Assembly (NCBI GenBank): GCA_050015395.1
Contig: JBEKBM010000008.1
Coordinates: 1-64,000, forward strand
Length of the DNA: 64,000 bases
Direction: 5' to 3'
From: Candidatus Bathyarchaeia archaeon
GTDB lineage: Archaea > Thermoproteota > Bathyarchaeia > Bathyarchaeales > Bathycorpusculaceae
Part shown: positions 8,715 to 18,863 of the stretch, one piece after another
Numbering within the stretch: the first letter of the stretch is position 1
Layout: the number at the start of each line of letters is the position of its first letter
Position numbers and translations under genes: made by a program
Notes under the pieces: model-generated
The model's database searches: none
Told to the model about the DNA's origin: nothing
The model's input: the letters and a program-made list of their open reading frames with translations, nothing else

Positions 8715-9398
8715 ATGAAAGATTCAGTGTTAAGCGAAGAGAGCGTGGTTTCTAAGGTTTCGGAGCTGATGGAAACCCTTGATCACATAAAAAGGTACAA
8801 TGCCCTATCTCGTTCGCTCAAGAAATTCTCACTCATAGTTATCGGTTCAATCGCCGTCTCTCTTGCAGTGGGCATTTTGTTCACAATTTCAGGATTTGAC
8901 TATACATCAAAAAGCCCTCAAAGCTTTCTCTACGGTTTCATGCTGCTTCTTATCCCACTAATAGGCTTAGCAATTGGGGTATTTTACGTTAGAAGACAGG
9001 TAAATGCAACCAAGACAGGGGAATGGAAAGAAAAGCTCTCAGGAGGCTTTCCTTCTGCTTTGGAGATTTTGATGGAGCTTGATTGGGATAAAACCCTCGA
9101 TGAAATCTCAATGGGAAGACTCAGCTACACCCTTTATGGACTGCTGAAAACAGCCGCTTATTGGTTGGTTACATTTTTTGGTCTGCAACTAGTTGGTAAC
9201 GGCTTGACACTTTATTTCTTGCACAGAGCAGTTTTTCTAAGCACATTTGTATCGGTAGCTTTTGCTTTAATTCTTGTTCTTTTGCTACTGGGTCGCGACC
9301 TTTTGAGACGCTATAAAGAGATTCATGCTCTAGATATGCTCCTTTTGGAGCTGCGGTGGTTTAGCCTTGAAATCAGGAGAGCCGAGTTCCAAGCCTGA
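8715..9398 (+). CDS. Hypothetical membrane protein (about 4 TM helices)
   Basis: Two pairs of hydrophobic helices; overlaps the downstream wHTH gene. Confidence 0.75.
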   Translation: MKDSVLSEESVVSKVSELMETLDHIKRYNALSRSLKKFSLIVIGSIAVSLAVGILFTISGFDYTSKSPQSFLYGFMLLLIPLIGLAIGVFYVRRQVNATKTGEWKEKLSGGFPSALEILMELDWDKTLDEISMGRLSYTLYGLLKTAAYWLVTFFGLQLVGNGLTLYFLHRAVFLSTFVSVAFALILVLLLLGRDLLRRYKEIHALDMLLLELRWFSLEIRRAEFQA

Positions 9399-9663
9399 CC
9401 TCTACGTCATCGCCCGCATCATCAAGGCGTTGAAAGAGAAAAACAGGATGAACAAGACCGCGCTTGCAACTTCCACGGGACTTGCATATGATAAGTTGGT
9501 TAAGTATTTGGTTTGGATGTCTGAGAAAGGCTTCATAGTTGTTGACGAAAACGGTTTAGTTATCTTAACTGAGGAAGGGTCTGAGGCCTACAATGAGTTG
9601 GTGGGGTGGATAATGAAGTACGTGGGACAACTCAAGTTCCCACGGCTACGCCTGCGAACCTAA
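9367..9663 (+). CDS. Winged-helix transcriptional regulator (HTH_45-like)
   Basis: NKTALATSTGLAYDKLVKYL...LTEEG pattern. Confidence 0.85.
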   Translation: MKSGEPSSKPDLYVIARIIKALKEKNRMNKTALATSTGLAYDKLVKYLVWMSEKGFIVVDENGLVILTEEGSEAYNELVGWIMKYVGQLKFPRLRLRT

Positions 9664-9727
9664 TCTGGAATTTGTTTTGTTTCACGCTACTCCCTCAAAA
9701 TGAGTTCGCTTTATAAGCTAGGAATAC

Positions 9728-10708
9728 ATGTTTGGACGGGAGATAACGGATATGCCATTGAACGATGTTCCCTCGATCGAAGCGGTTAAGCTTTCAAAAC
9801 GATACGGTTCATTTACAGCGGTTTCGGAATTGGACCTCAAAATAGAGGGCGCAAAATGCGTCGGTTTCCTAGGTCCAAACGGAGCAGGAAAAACAACCAC
9901 ACTAAAAATGTTCACGGACTTGATCCGCGCTTCTTCTGGAGAAGCCCTGATAAACGGTATAAACGTTCATACTAACAAGAAGGCAGCACTGGCATCTGTC
10001 GCTGCGCTGATTGAGACGCCAGAAATTTACCCTTCACTGACGCCCCGCGAAGCTCTGAGGATGATTGCTGAAATCAGGGGAGTGCCGGCGACAGAGCGTA
10101 ACAAGAGAATAGAAGAAGCCGTCTCCGAAGTCCATATGGAAGAATGGATCGATAAGAGGGTCGGCAGGTTCTCCAAGGGAATGAAACAGAGAATTTGCAT
10201 CGCCTCTACACTTCTCAGTGACCCACGCATCCTTCTTCTAGACGAGCCCACCAACGGACTTGATCCTAGAGGAATGAGCGAAGTCAGGGACATCGTCAAA
10301 TCACTTAGGAGCAAGAAGAGACTGATTTTCATGAGTTCCCATATTCTCAGCGAAGTTTCAGAGGTGTGCGACGAGGTCGCCATGATCGATCATGGCAAGC
10401 TGATCGTATATGACACAATTTCAAATGTGACTGCCAAATTTTCTGGAGGAGCAAACATGGTCGAAGTTGGACTTCAGCGTCCAATCGATTCCCAATTAGT
10501 AACACGGAACATCGCGAAACTTTCCGGCGTGGTCTCAGCAGAGCAAACAGATGATAAAAACCTACGGATTAGATTTAGCGGAGGCTTGGATGTGCAAGAA
10601 CAGATTCTCTCTGATTTGGTAAAACTGAACATTGGAGTTATAAGTTACAGAACAGCGTCCTCGGAACTCGAAGACGTCTATCTCAATCTGATCAAGGATA
10701 CGGTGTGA
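9728..10708 (+). CDS. ABC transporter ATP-binding protein
   Basis: GPNGAGKTT, FSKGM signature, LLLDEPT. Confidence 0.95.
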   Translation: MFGREITDMPLNDVPSIEAVKLSKRYGSFTAVSELDLKIEGAKCVGFLGPNGAGKTTTLKMFTDLIRASSGEALINGINVHTNKKAALASVAALIETPEIYPSLTPREALRMIAEIRGVPATERNKRIEEAVSEVHMEEWIDKRVGRFSKGMKQRICIASTLLSDPRILLLDEPTNGLDPRGMSEVRDIVKSLRSKKRLIFMSSHILSEVSEVCDEVAMIDHGKLIVYDTISNVTAKFSGGANMVEVGLQRPIDSQLVTRNIAKLSGVVSAEQTDDKNLRIRFSGGLDVQEQILSDLVKLNIGVISYRTASSELEDVYLNLIKDTV

Positions 10709-11574
10709 TAAATATGAACGAAACAGAAACAATCTATGGGAATAAAGTGCCGAGTAGCATGGCGCAAGTCGGCATCTCCATGAAGTATACGTTTCTTGAA
10801 TACTTTAGGTCGCGCCGTTTCCTTATACTGCTGATTATTACTCTTTTAATAGCAGCTCTTCTCACCATCATAGTGGCTTGGCGGCGTCCTGAGGGTTTTC
10901 TAGCTTCAAACCTCGGGTTCTATTCCAGTTGGTGGGGTACTTCCGTAACCTTTGTAATTATACTGGCTGGAATTTTCTTCGGGGGAGATGCCATTTCAGG
11001 TGAGTTTCAGAATAAAACAGGTTACTTCGGAATTCCTAACCCTGTTAGAAGGTCGTCAATATACATTGGAAAGTGGTTGTCGGCTTTCTTAGCAGCGACC
11101 GCAATAATGCTCATATTCACAGTGATTACAATCGCCAATGGCGTTTACTATTTTGGCTCATCAGGCGTGCCGTACCAATTCGGTTTGTCTTTGCTTTTCG
11201 CATGGTTTTATCTCGCGGCGGTCTTAGGATTGACGTTCCTTTTCAGCTCGCTGTTTAAGAGCAGTTCCATATCTATTCTTGTAACGGTTATCCTCTTACT
11301 GTTCGGATTCACGCTAATTCAGACGCTGGTCTCAGACCTCGTCGGGATTGAACCATGGTTTGTTCTGACTTACGGGTCAGGGATAATAGGCAACATATTG
11401 AATGCGACTTATCCCCCCGCCAAAACCGTGACATCTACGGTGTTCGGCCATCGTACAATTACTACTACTACTTTCGCCGCATCGGTTCCTCAAGGACTCG
11501 CCATCATAGGACTGTACTTCATCATCATGACAATCTTGGGCTTGATACTCTTCGAAAGAAAAGAATTCAACTAA
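10705..11574 (+). CDS. ABC-2 type transporter permease
   Basis: About 6 TM segments, DAISGEFQNKTG motif; coupled to the ATPase gene. Confidence 0.9.
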   Translation: MINMNETETIYGNKVPSSMAQVGISMKYTFLEYFRSRRFLILLIITLLIAALLTIIVAWRRPEGFLASNLGFYSSWWGTSVTFVIILAGIFFGGDAISGEFQNKTGYFGIPNPVRRSSIYIGKWLSAFLAATAIMLIFTVITIANGVYYFGSSGVPYQFGLSLLFAWFYLAAVLGLTFLFSSLFKSSSISILVTVILLLFGFTLIQTLVSDLVGIEPWFVLTYGSGIIGNILNATYPPAKTVTSTVFGHRTITTTTFAASVPQGLAIIGLYFIIMTILGLILFERKEFN

Positions 11575-11709
11575 GCAAACACATACGGGTTTGCTGACCC
11601 TGCTAGGGAATAACGAATTTCTAGAGCGGTCTAAGAGAAACCCGTAAGGAGCGGCTTTCGCGCGGTTCGTGGGTAGAGGTCGTCAGTTCAAATTCGGTCG
11701 GAAGCCCCA
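11573..11709 (+). pseudogene. Diverged tRNA-Trp fragment (intron 2 + intron 3 + 3' exon), att-like
   Basis: Aligns to 8467-8598 (ACGGGTTTGCTGACC, GAGAAACCCGTAAG, GGTCGTCAGTTCAAAT shared); lacks the 5' half and anticodon. Confidence 0.85.
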
Positions 11710-11928
11710 AACCCTTTTCTTCATATTTTCATTATGCCCAAATTTATTTTCTTAAGTGCACAATTATAACCAGCATCTGAAGAAGTGAATATTTTGAGCT
11801 TTTGTAAGCATTAAATATGCATCAAAAACCCACTTTTGTTTGCAGTGAGCGTTCACATTGTTTTTTATTTTTGATGGGAATAAGCTAAAATATATTCAAG
11901 GTGGACAATTAAGTTCAAGCGATGCTCA

Positions 11929-12708
11929 TTGGTGTCACATCAAAGTCTTGAACGGCTGCGAAGAAAAGCGCCGCAATTGATTGTTGCAGCATTCGCTATC
12001 ATAGTTGTCGTTTATTTTGTGCTTGATTTTTTGGAGGACGTCGTTATCGAAGGCGGTCCGATTACAAGCGAGCCAATAATTAGTATTATCATTTCTATAA
12101 CCCGTGGCGTAACTGCGGCTGTGCAGTCTTGGGGTTACTCGGGCATTTTTGGGTTGATGCTGCTTGAATCAAGCTCTTTACCTATCCCAAGCGAAGTGAT
12201 TCTTCCATTCGCAGGCTACTTAGTTTCTATGGGGCAAATTAATTTTTGGATAACCCTAACAATTGCAACTATCGCTGGGCTGTTGGGTTCATTGCTTGAT
12301 TATTACATCGGATTAAAAGGTGTTCAATCCCTAACTCAACACAAAATTTTAGGTAAAGTTATTTTGTCAACAAACCAGCTTGAGGTTGCTGAAAAATGGT
12401 TTATCAAGCATGGTAGTTTAATGGTTTTTATAAGCCGTATAATTCCGGGATTCCGAACAACCTTTTCGTTTCCAGCAGGCGCTGCAAAAATGAAGTTGTC
12501 AAAGTTTATCGCTTTCACGACTGCAGGGTGCCTGTTGTGGAACATAATATTGATTTACTTAGGCTGGTACTTGGGGAAAAATTGGACGCAGGTTGCTGGA
12601 GTATCCCGTTACCTAATCTTAGCTGCTGTAGCTGCAGTCGTAATTGTCATTCTTGTTTATTTAATTAGAAGAAAACAAAAAAATACAAGAACAAAAAGAG
12701 ACAAATGA
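11929..12708 (+). CDS. DedA family membrane protein
   Basis: LESSSLPIPSEVILPFAG and SRIIPGFRT motifs. Confidence 0.92.
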   Translation: MVSHQSLERLRRKAPQLIVAAFAIIVVVYFVLDFLEDVVIEGGPITSEPIISIIISITRGVTAAVQSWGYSGIFGLMLLESSSLPIPSEVILPFAGYLVSMGQINFWITLTIATIAGLLGSLLDYYIGLKGVQSLTQHKILGKVILSTNQLEVAEKWFIKHGSLMVFISRIIPGFRTTFSFPAGAAKMKLSKFIAFTTAGCLLWNIILIYLGWYLGKNWTQVAGVSRYLILAAVAAVVIVILVYLIRRKQKNTRTKRDK

Positions 12709-12727
12709 TAAGCAGGCAAATTAGAGT

Positions 12728-13768
12728 TTAGCTTAATTTCGTTATCTTTGGTTTTACTTCGCCTTTAATACCGATGTCTTTAGCTTCTTGAACCTGTAAC
12801 ATGCAATCTACATGAGACGCTTCATTGAACACTTTATAATCAACCATTTCTAGGAATGCGGCGTCGCCTGAGACTGGTGAGTCAGAGGCAAAGATGCCCA
12901 CATCCTTCATCATGACTTCGCCTGGACTAGGCAAACAGTCGCAGTATGGAGTGATGTCCTTTGCAAAGCTCACGTATGACACTTTATTCGCCTTAAAGGT
13001 GGAGAGTACCCCGTAAGCGGCTGAAGCGAGTGCCCTGCAGATATTTTCCTGATGGGTGAAACTTATGGCTTCCATGGGGCAACCATGTTTGCACATCGGG
13101 CAACGCATGCATAAAGCTGAGGTGTTTCTTGCTTTTCCCTCAATAATTTCAGGCAAGTTCATTTCACATATTTCTTTGCATTTTCCACAGCCAATACATT
13201 TGGATGCATCTATTTCTAAGCCTACTGTTCTATGCTGCCGAAGTTTGCCTGCTCTTGGTGTGCAGCCCATGCCGAGGTTTTTTATGGCGCCGCCGAACCC
13301 ACTGAGTTCATGACCCTTATCATGCGAGACAACAATCATGGCGTCAGCCTCCGCGATAGCGCCTGACACTTCAATTTCTTTCAGTATTCCCTTGGTGGGA
13401 ACTGTACGGTAATTTTCGCCTTTAAGCCCATCTGCCACAATAAACGGCGCCATGTTAAACCCGTTCATCAATGCCGTAATCATATGGTCGTAGGCATTGT
13501 TGCGTTGTGCGTGATAGTAAGTGTTGGAGTCTGTAAGGAATGGTTTGCCGCCCTTCTCCTTAACCCTGCGGATTATGTCGTGGACAAAAAAGGGTTGCAC
13601 ATAATTCGGGTTTCCTAATTCGCCCACATGCAATTTAACAGCTACAAGGTCACCCTTTTGTATGCAATCGAAGGTTCCTGCTTCATCGTAGAGGCGATTT
13701 GCCTCCATCATGAGGTTACGTTTAGTATCCCAAGGGAGTAAATGAACGGTCATGTTATTCCTCTTCAC
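12728..13768 (-). CDS. DUF362 family Fe-S protein with ferredoxin domain
   Basis: VAVKLHVGE, KGH...FGGAIKNLGMGC, two CxxCxxCxxxC motifs. Confidence 0.9.
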   Translation of the reverse strand: MKRNNMTVHLLPWDTKRNLMMEANRLYDEAGTFDCIQKGDLVAVKLHVGELGNPNYVQPFFVHDIIRRVKEKGGKPFLTDSNTYYHAQRNNAYDHMITALMNGFNMAPFIVADGLKGENYRTVPTKGILKEIEVSGAIAEADAMIVVSHDKGHELSGFGGAIKNLGMGCTPRAGKLRQHRTVGLEIDASKCIGCGKCKEICEMNLPEIIEGKARNTSALCMRCPMCKHGCPMEAISFTHQENICRALASAAYGVLSTFKANKVSYVSFAKDITPYCDCLPSPGEVMMKDVGIFASDSPVSGDAAFLEMVDYKVFNEASHVDCMLQVQEAKDIGIKGEVKPKITKLS

Positions 13769-13889
13769 TTTTCAGTATTTCAGAATTCTAATATAAATGT
13801 AATCTGTAAAATTGATGCTTTTTAAAATTACAGAGGCAAATTAAAATATACAAAAGCGGTATTGTCATATTTTCAGGTAGTAATGGTTC

Positions 13890-14792
13890 ATGGGCAAGCT
13901 TGAATGTAACGGGTTGACAAAGGTTTACGAGGACCATAGAAAAGCTCTTGAAAACGTCACCTTTACAGTGGACACTAACGGTATTTTCGGTTTAATCGGC
14001 AGAAATGGCGCTGGAAAAACAACGCTTATCAGAATCCTTGCCACGGAGCTTCAACCTACCGCTGGAAGCGCAAGCATTAACGGTTTGGACATACTAACGC
14101 AGGAAAGCAAGTTAAGGGAGAAAATTGCGATTATCCCGCAGGAAGCCAGAGCGATAAGGTGGATGACAGCTAAACAAACTGTTTTTTCATATCTTCTTTG
14201 GCGAGGCTACAGCTACAATGAAGCAAAGAGGCTTGCCGATGAGTCGCTTGCAAAGCTTGGTTTAGAAGAATACGCTAATGTATTGACTAGCCGCCTCTCA
14301 GGTGGCACAAAAAGAAAGGTTCTTCTCGCTACTGTAACCGCCTCAGAAGCAGATGTTATTTTTCTCGATGAACCCACAACTGGCTTGGATCCAATCTCAA
14401 GGCGGGAGCTATGGGAAATTCTCCGAGCGCTTGGAAAAGAACGGTTTCTTTTTCTTACAACTCATTATCTTGAAGAGGCAGAGCAACTTGCAGATAAGAT
14501 CGGAATTCTTAAAGATGGAAAATTGGTTTCAATCGGCACTCTTTCAGAGCTGAGAAAAACCGCAAAATACCAGTACAGCATCAAACTGCCTCCTAAAGTA
14601 CAGGTTCCACAGTTGAAAGATGGCGAAGTAACCACAGACAAAAGCGGCGTCACACAGATAATGACCAATGAAGATGAAGCTTTCCGCTTAGCTAGAGCGT
14701 TCGCTGAACAAGCAGTAAAGTTCTCTATTACTCCCGTGTCTTTGGATGATATTTTCTTCTACCTTGTCGGACAAAAAGCGAGGGATGAATAA
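13890..14792 (+). CDS. ABC transporter ATP-binding protein
   Basis: GRNGAGKTT, LSGG, FLDEPTTGLD. Confidence 0.95.
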   Translation: MGKLECNGLTKVYEDHRKALENVTFTVDTNGIFGLIGRNGAGKTTLIRILATELQPTAGSASINGLDILTQESKLREKIAIIPQEARAIRWMTAKQTVFSYLLWRGYSYNEAKRLADESLAKLGLEEYANVLTSRLSGGTKRKVLLATVTASEADVIFLDEPTTGLDPISRRELWEILRALGKERFLFLTTHYLEEAEQLADKIGILKDGKLVSIGTLSELRKTAKYQYSIKLPPKVQVPQLKDGEVTTDKSGVTQIMTNEDEAFRLARAFAEQAVKFSITPVSLDDIFFYLVGQKARDE

Positions 14793-15536
14793 CTGAAGCG
14801 CAGTAAACTCAGCCAAATTCTAGCAGGAGTTCTGGTGAATGCCGTTTACGAGATGATAAACTACCCTATCGTTTTGCTAAGTGCAGTTATCGCGCCGTTT
14901 TCGATTCTGATTGTAATCACCTTCGTATCCCATGGCAGTCTTTTTGGAACCGCAATTGAAGGCGGATTGATAATGACTTTCTTTTCAAGCGGAATTTCAC
15001 TTCAATCAGACCTTTCTCACTTAAAAAATGACTTCAAGCTTCAAGACATGATTGTAAGCTCGCCGACAAGTTCACGCTTATACATGGCGGGAATGACTCT
15101 TGCGGAAATAGTTTACTCAATTCCTTCTTTAGTTATCCTTATTGTGCTTGCAGGAATTTATTTGCATCATTCGTTTCTTCAAATGGCAATCTTATCCATT
15201 GCACTATTACTGATGTTCGCTATCTCAGTAGCTTTAGGATTCATGCTATCAACTTTCTCAAACGATGTAGTTCAAAGCTATGCTTTCTCTAGGCTTCTTT
15301 CACTGTTGTTTACTACTTTGCCGCCAGTATATTATCCGATAACTTATGTTCCCGCGGCATACAGATATATCGCTTACCTTTCGCCGACAACTTATGCAGC
15401 GGAAATTATGCAGTCAGCAACAGGCTACCTAAAAATCTCCACTAATATGTTAATATTTGATTGGGTAGTCCTATCAGCAGTCTGCGCCATTATCCTATTC
15501 CTGGCGATAAAGAAGACCAGATGGAAAGATGTTTAG
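14793..15536 (+). CDS. ABC-2 type transporter permease
   Basis: Multi-TM with PPVYYP and LSPTTY motifs; frame open from CTG at 14793, first canonical start GTG at 14835. Confidence 0.85.
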   Translation: MKRSKLSQILAGVLVNAVYEMINYPIVLLSAVIAPFSILIVITFVSHGSLFGTAIEGGLIMTFFSSGISLQSDLSHLKNDFKLQDMIVSSPTSSRLYMAGMTLAEIVYSIPSLVILIVLAGIYLHHSFLQMAILSIALLLMFAISVALGFMLSTFSNDVVQSYAFSRLLSLLFTTLPPVYYPITYVPAAYRYIAYLSPTTYAAEIMQSATGYLKISTNMLIFDWVVLSAVCAIILFLAIKKTRWKDV

Positions 15537-15699
15537 AAGCTTAGTATTTTTCTCCTACGCCCGTATTCAGCCAGTCAACACAGAATGACAATTGTTTGCC
15601 TGCCTTGCCTCTTAGGCTCCTATGGATGCACCTATTAGAATCAGATAGTGAACCCGAAGGGTAGCTTGTTCAAGCAAACGCAAAGCGGTTGAGGATAGG

Positions 15700-15734
15700 C
15701 TAATATTTGTGACAAAATTCAACCACAAAAATGC
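15700..15734. repeat. Dispersed 35-bp repeat, copy A (inverted relative to 34521-34555)
   Basis: CTAATATTTGTGACAAAATTCAACCACAAAAATGC; 32/35 identical to the reverse complement of 34521-34555. Confidence 0.85.
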
Positions 15735-15915
15735 GAGCAAACACAAACGCCCCTCGGAAAAAGTGCGTTTATAGCCATAAAAAAGCCCTCAAACAACCAC
15801 CAATAACCCACCACAAAACACAACACAATAAACCACAAAAGTCGCAACTTTCACCATCCCCAAAGTCGCAACTTAAAAATTCAGCAAAACCAACCCAAAA
15901 AAAACAATTTAGGAC

Positions 15916-16167
15916 TTAGTATTTTTTTCCTAAACAAAGTTTCTTTTGAATATCTAAAACCTCAATTTCATTATCAGCTAAGATATTAATCCAAAGTTCA
16001 AATTCGGCTTTCGAGATTTCTTTTTGAATAACGCCTTTTTGGTCTCCAGAGAAAAATCTTGATGGTTCAGAGGAAAATAGTTTTACGTAAAAGATTCGGT
16101 CTGCGATTACCAGTTTGGAGGAACAGCCTGATTTTTCAGCCGCATTGTAATCAATTTCGAAACCCAT
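15916..16167 (-). CDS. Hypothetical protein
   Basis: 83-aa ORF with natural composition and an upstream TTTAA box. Confidence 0.65.
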   Translation of the reverse strand: MGFEIDYNAAEKSGCSSKLVIADRIFYVKLFSSEPSRFFSGDQKGVIQKEISKAEFELWINILADNEIEVLDIQKKLCLGKKY

Positions 16168-16327
16168 TACTTGAGCCCTTCTTTAGAAGCGTTGCTTTAT
16201 GTTTACTTAAATTTTCTCTTTTGCAGAGGTGTTTTGTTGCTTCTATGTAACTACAAAAATTTAAAACAATCCTCTATCTTGGCTGTGAATAACTTTTTGC
16301 CTAAACTTTTTCTTTTGCGAAATAATT

Positions 16328-18016
16328 CTAACCTTTAGGAAGGATGTCTATTTCTTCTTTTTTGTTACCTGATTTTCTGCGTTCAAAAAGAAGGTATCCT
16401 GCCGCCAAAACTATCGTTATTGTGGCTGCGACTCCTACAATCGTGACTGTTGGAAAAGACGCTATGTTAAAGTAAACCGTTTTTGAACCCGTATTACCTA
16501 CTTCATCAGTAGCGTAAACGGTTAAACGGTGTGAACCATTAGATAACGCTGGTAAAGTTACGTTTCCGATTATAGTTACATTTTGTTGTCCATCTAAACT
16601 GTAAGCTAACCATGTGGCTGTCTTATTTACTTCGAAAGTTAATTGGATGTCTGTGGAGCCATAAGATTGGTTTTGAGGAAGCATAATCACGATGTTTGGA
16701 GGAATCGTGTCCCAAGAAAAGAAAACTCTGTTAGAACTACCCATGTTGCCGAGGCTGTCGTTGGCATAGAGTATTATGTTGTGTGCCCCTTGAGATAAGT
16801 TAAGTAATTCTGTTTTTCCCATTATGGTTACGTTTGCTCGGTTATCTAAACTGTAACCCATCCATTCGGTGTCTCTGTTAACAGTAAAATTTAAGGTTAC
16901 TTTATTGTAAGTTTCGTTTTCAGGAGAGGTAATCTGAATTATCGGTGGAGCAGTTCCATAACCAATAGGCGTGTACTCCTCAACTGTGTTTAGCCCAAGC
17001 GTGTTTAGCCCGTTTTGGTCATCAAATCCGCCAATTGCGTATAAAACGTCGTTTACAACAGCAACGCCCAAGTATGCCCGAGCTGTAGGCATCGAAGCGC
17101 CAGTACTCCAAGAGTTGTTGCTTGGATTATAAACTTGAACATTACTGCTGAAAGAATTCAAAAAATATCCGCCGATAACATATAGCAATGGAGGAGCCAT
17201 GAAGCCTTCAGTTGCCGCAGCGGCCCCATAAGTAACTGCAGAAGGCAAGTTTGCACCTAAACTCCACGTATCATTTTGAGGATCGTATACTTGGTTGGAA
17301 TTAACGAAAATGCCGCTTCCTTGTGAGCTTGAAGCCTGTGAACCGCCAATAATATGAATATTGCCATCTATCACGGTTGATGCGTAACCATAAACAGCCG
17401 TTGGAATTGGTGTTCCTGTAGTCCATGTGTTGGTAGCTGGATCATAAATCTCGTTCACATCAGTTTCACTATAATAAGGGCTTGTGCTTGAATATTCTTC
17501 GCCGCCGATTAAGTAGATTTTACCGTTCACTACACTTGCGCTTAAGTCAGCTCTAGGAGTAGGCATTGAAGCTTTTGTTTCCCAAGTATTCGTTCCAGGG
17601 TCGTATACTTCGTTATTTCCAACATACCCGTTGCCGACTTCTCCGCCTATAACATATATTTCGTTATCGTAAACCGCGATGGCACAACCGCTTCTAGCTG
17701 TTGGCATAGGCGTTTCAGTTGTCCACCCGTTTGTGCCGGGGTTATACATTTCGTTAACGTTAACTGGTGAACCGCCACTCAAGCCTCCGATAGCATAGAT
17801 TTTTCCGTTTACAGTTGCAACGCTGAGTCCGCCTCGCGCTGTGGGCATGGGCGTCCTTGTGGTCCATGAAGATTGGTTTTCGGTTGCTTGGGCTTGGGTG
17901 ATGGGAAAATTGAACGCTGGTAAAACTATTGTTACAATAATAAGCATGGCTATTAGAATTTGAATATGCTTATTTATTGATGAACCCCCACATGCCTCTT
18001 TAGGTATTAAATGCAC
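16328..18016 (-). CDS. Kelch-repeat cell-surface protein with Ig-like domains and C-terminal TM anchor
   Basis: Signal peptide, six GG...YDP..NTW kelch repeats, two YSLD...YAND/YATD domains, C-terminal TM plus basic tail. Confidence 0.92.
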   Translation of the reverse strand: MHLIPKEACGGSSINKHIQILIAMLIIVTIVLPAFNFPITQAQATENQSSWTTRTPMPTARGGLSVATVNGKIYAIGGLSGGSPVNVNEMYNPGTNGWTTETPMPTARSGCAIAVYDNEIYVIGGEVGNGYVGNNEVYDPGTNTWETKASMPTPRADLSASVVNGKIYLIGGEEYSSTSPYYSETDVNEIYDPATNTWTTGTPIPTAVYGYASTVIDGNIHIIGGSQASSSQGSGIFVNSNQVYDPQNDTWSLGANLPSAVTYGAAAATEGFMAPPLLYVIGGYFLNSFSSNVQVYNPSNNSWSTGASMPTARAYLGVAVVNDVLYAIGGFDDQNGLNTLGLNTVEEYTPIGYGTAPPIIQITSPENETYNKVTLNFTVNRDTEWMGYSLDNRANVTIMGKTELLNLSQGAHNIILYANDSLGNMGSSNRVFFSWDTIPPNIVIMLPQNQSYGSTDIQLTFEVNKTATWLAYSLDGQQNVTIIGNVTLPALSNGSHRLTVYATDEVGNTGSKTVYFNIASFPTVTIVGVAATITIVLAAGYLLFERRKSGNKKEEIDILPKG

Positions 18017-18166
18017 TTTACCTTTATATTGTTTAAAGAAATCGGTGAAAAAAGCAATCTGACATTTGAAAGCTTAAGTAAATTACAGGTCAATTGAGTT
18101 AATGTTTTGGGTTTGGGGAAAAGCTTAATGGTTGTTTTAAGAATTATCTTTTGAGAGAGATGATTT

Positions 18167-18619
18167 ATGGTGATTAGGAATATTTTAGTGGGTGTTGATG
18201 GATCTGAAAATTCTGATAGAGCATTAGATTTCGCTTTAGATTTAGCTGAAAAATTTAACGCGTCTATCCTGATTTTGAATGTTTCCGAGTCGCTGGCAAT
18301 GGGTGCAGTTCCTGGAGAATCGATTGCTTATTCAGGTGGCAATACGGCTGTATTTGGTAAGGATTTAAGGAAGATTCATGACGAAATTTTAAGTAGAAGT
18401 GTTGCTCATGCGAAAGCAGTTAAGCCTAACTTGGCGGTTTCGTCGATGTTAAAGGAAGGGAATCCTGCCCTTGAAATTGTTAATACTGCTAAGGAGGGCG
18501 GTTTTGATGCTGTTGTTGTTGGGCATAAAGGGTTAGGTAAGATGAAAGAACTTTTTTTGGGCAGCATAAGCGAGAAAGTGGCACATTTGGCACCTTGCCC
18601 AGTAATAATAGTAAGATAA
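18167..18619 (+). CDS. Universal stress protein (UspA family)
   Basis: ILVGVDGS, VVGHKG...LGSISEKV, CPVIIV. Confidence 0.95.
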   Translation: MVIRNILVGVDGSENSDRALDFALDLAEKFNASILILNVSESLAMGAVPGESIAYSGGNTAVFGKDLRKIHDEILSRSVAHAKAVKPNLAVSSMLKEGNPALEIVNTAKEGGFDAVVVGHKGLGKMKELFLGSISEKVAHLAPCPVIIVR

Positions 18620-18863
18620 ATCACAATTTTCTTACTTTAACTCGCTTCCTGAAGAAGCTGACTTAAATCTTAAGTACTACGGAAAGAGAAAGCTTATAGA
18701 GCTAACACTCACACCGTAATAGTTCCATTGTTACTCGTAGTATTTTGCTAAGCTTTGTTTCTTTTTCTTCTCTCTATCCCTAATCATCCCAAGTTTTATA
18801 TTACCGAGACACTATGAAACTTGTTAAAATTAAAGTAGGTTCAATTTAAAAGGGGGACAAGTT

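Larger units (their letters stand above)
8602..11709 (+). mobile_element. Integrase-less genomic islet at tRNA-Trp
   Basis: Four-gene cassette bounded by the tRNA and a diverged duplicate of its 3' part. Confidence 0.65.

Noticed and set aside
15731-15919. 62-aa K/Q/P-rich ORF
   Set aside because: Artefact of an A/C-rich skewed tract.
18801-18810. TTACCGAGAC matching the 38537/38614 hairpin arm
   Set aside because: Only 10 bp, with no complementary arm nearby.
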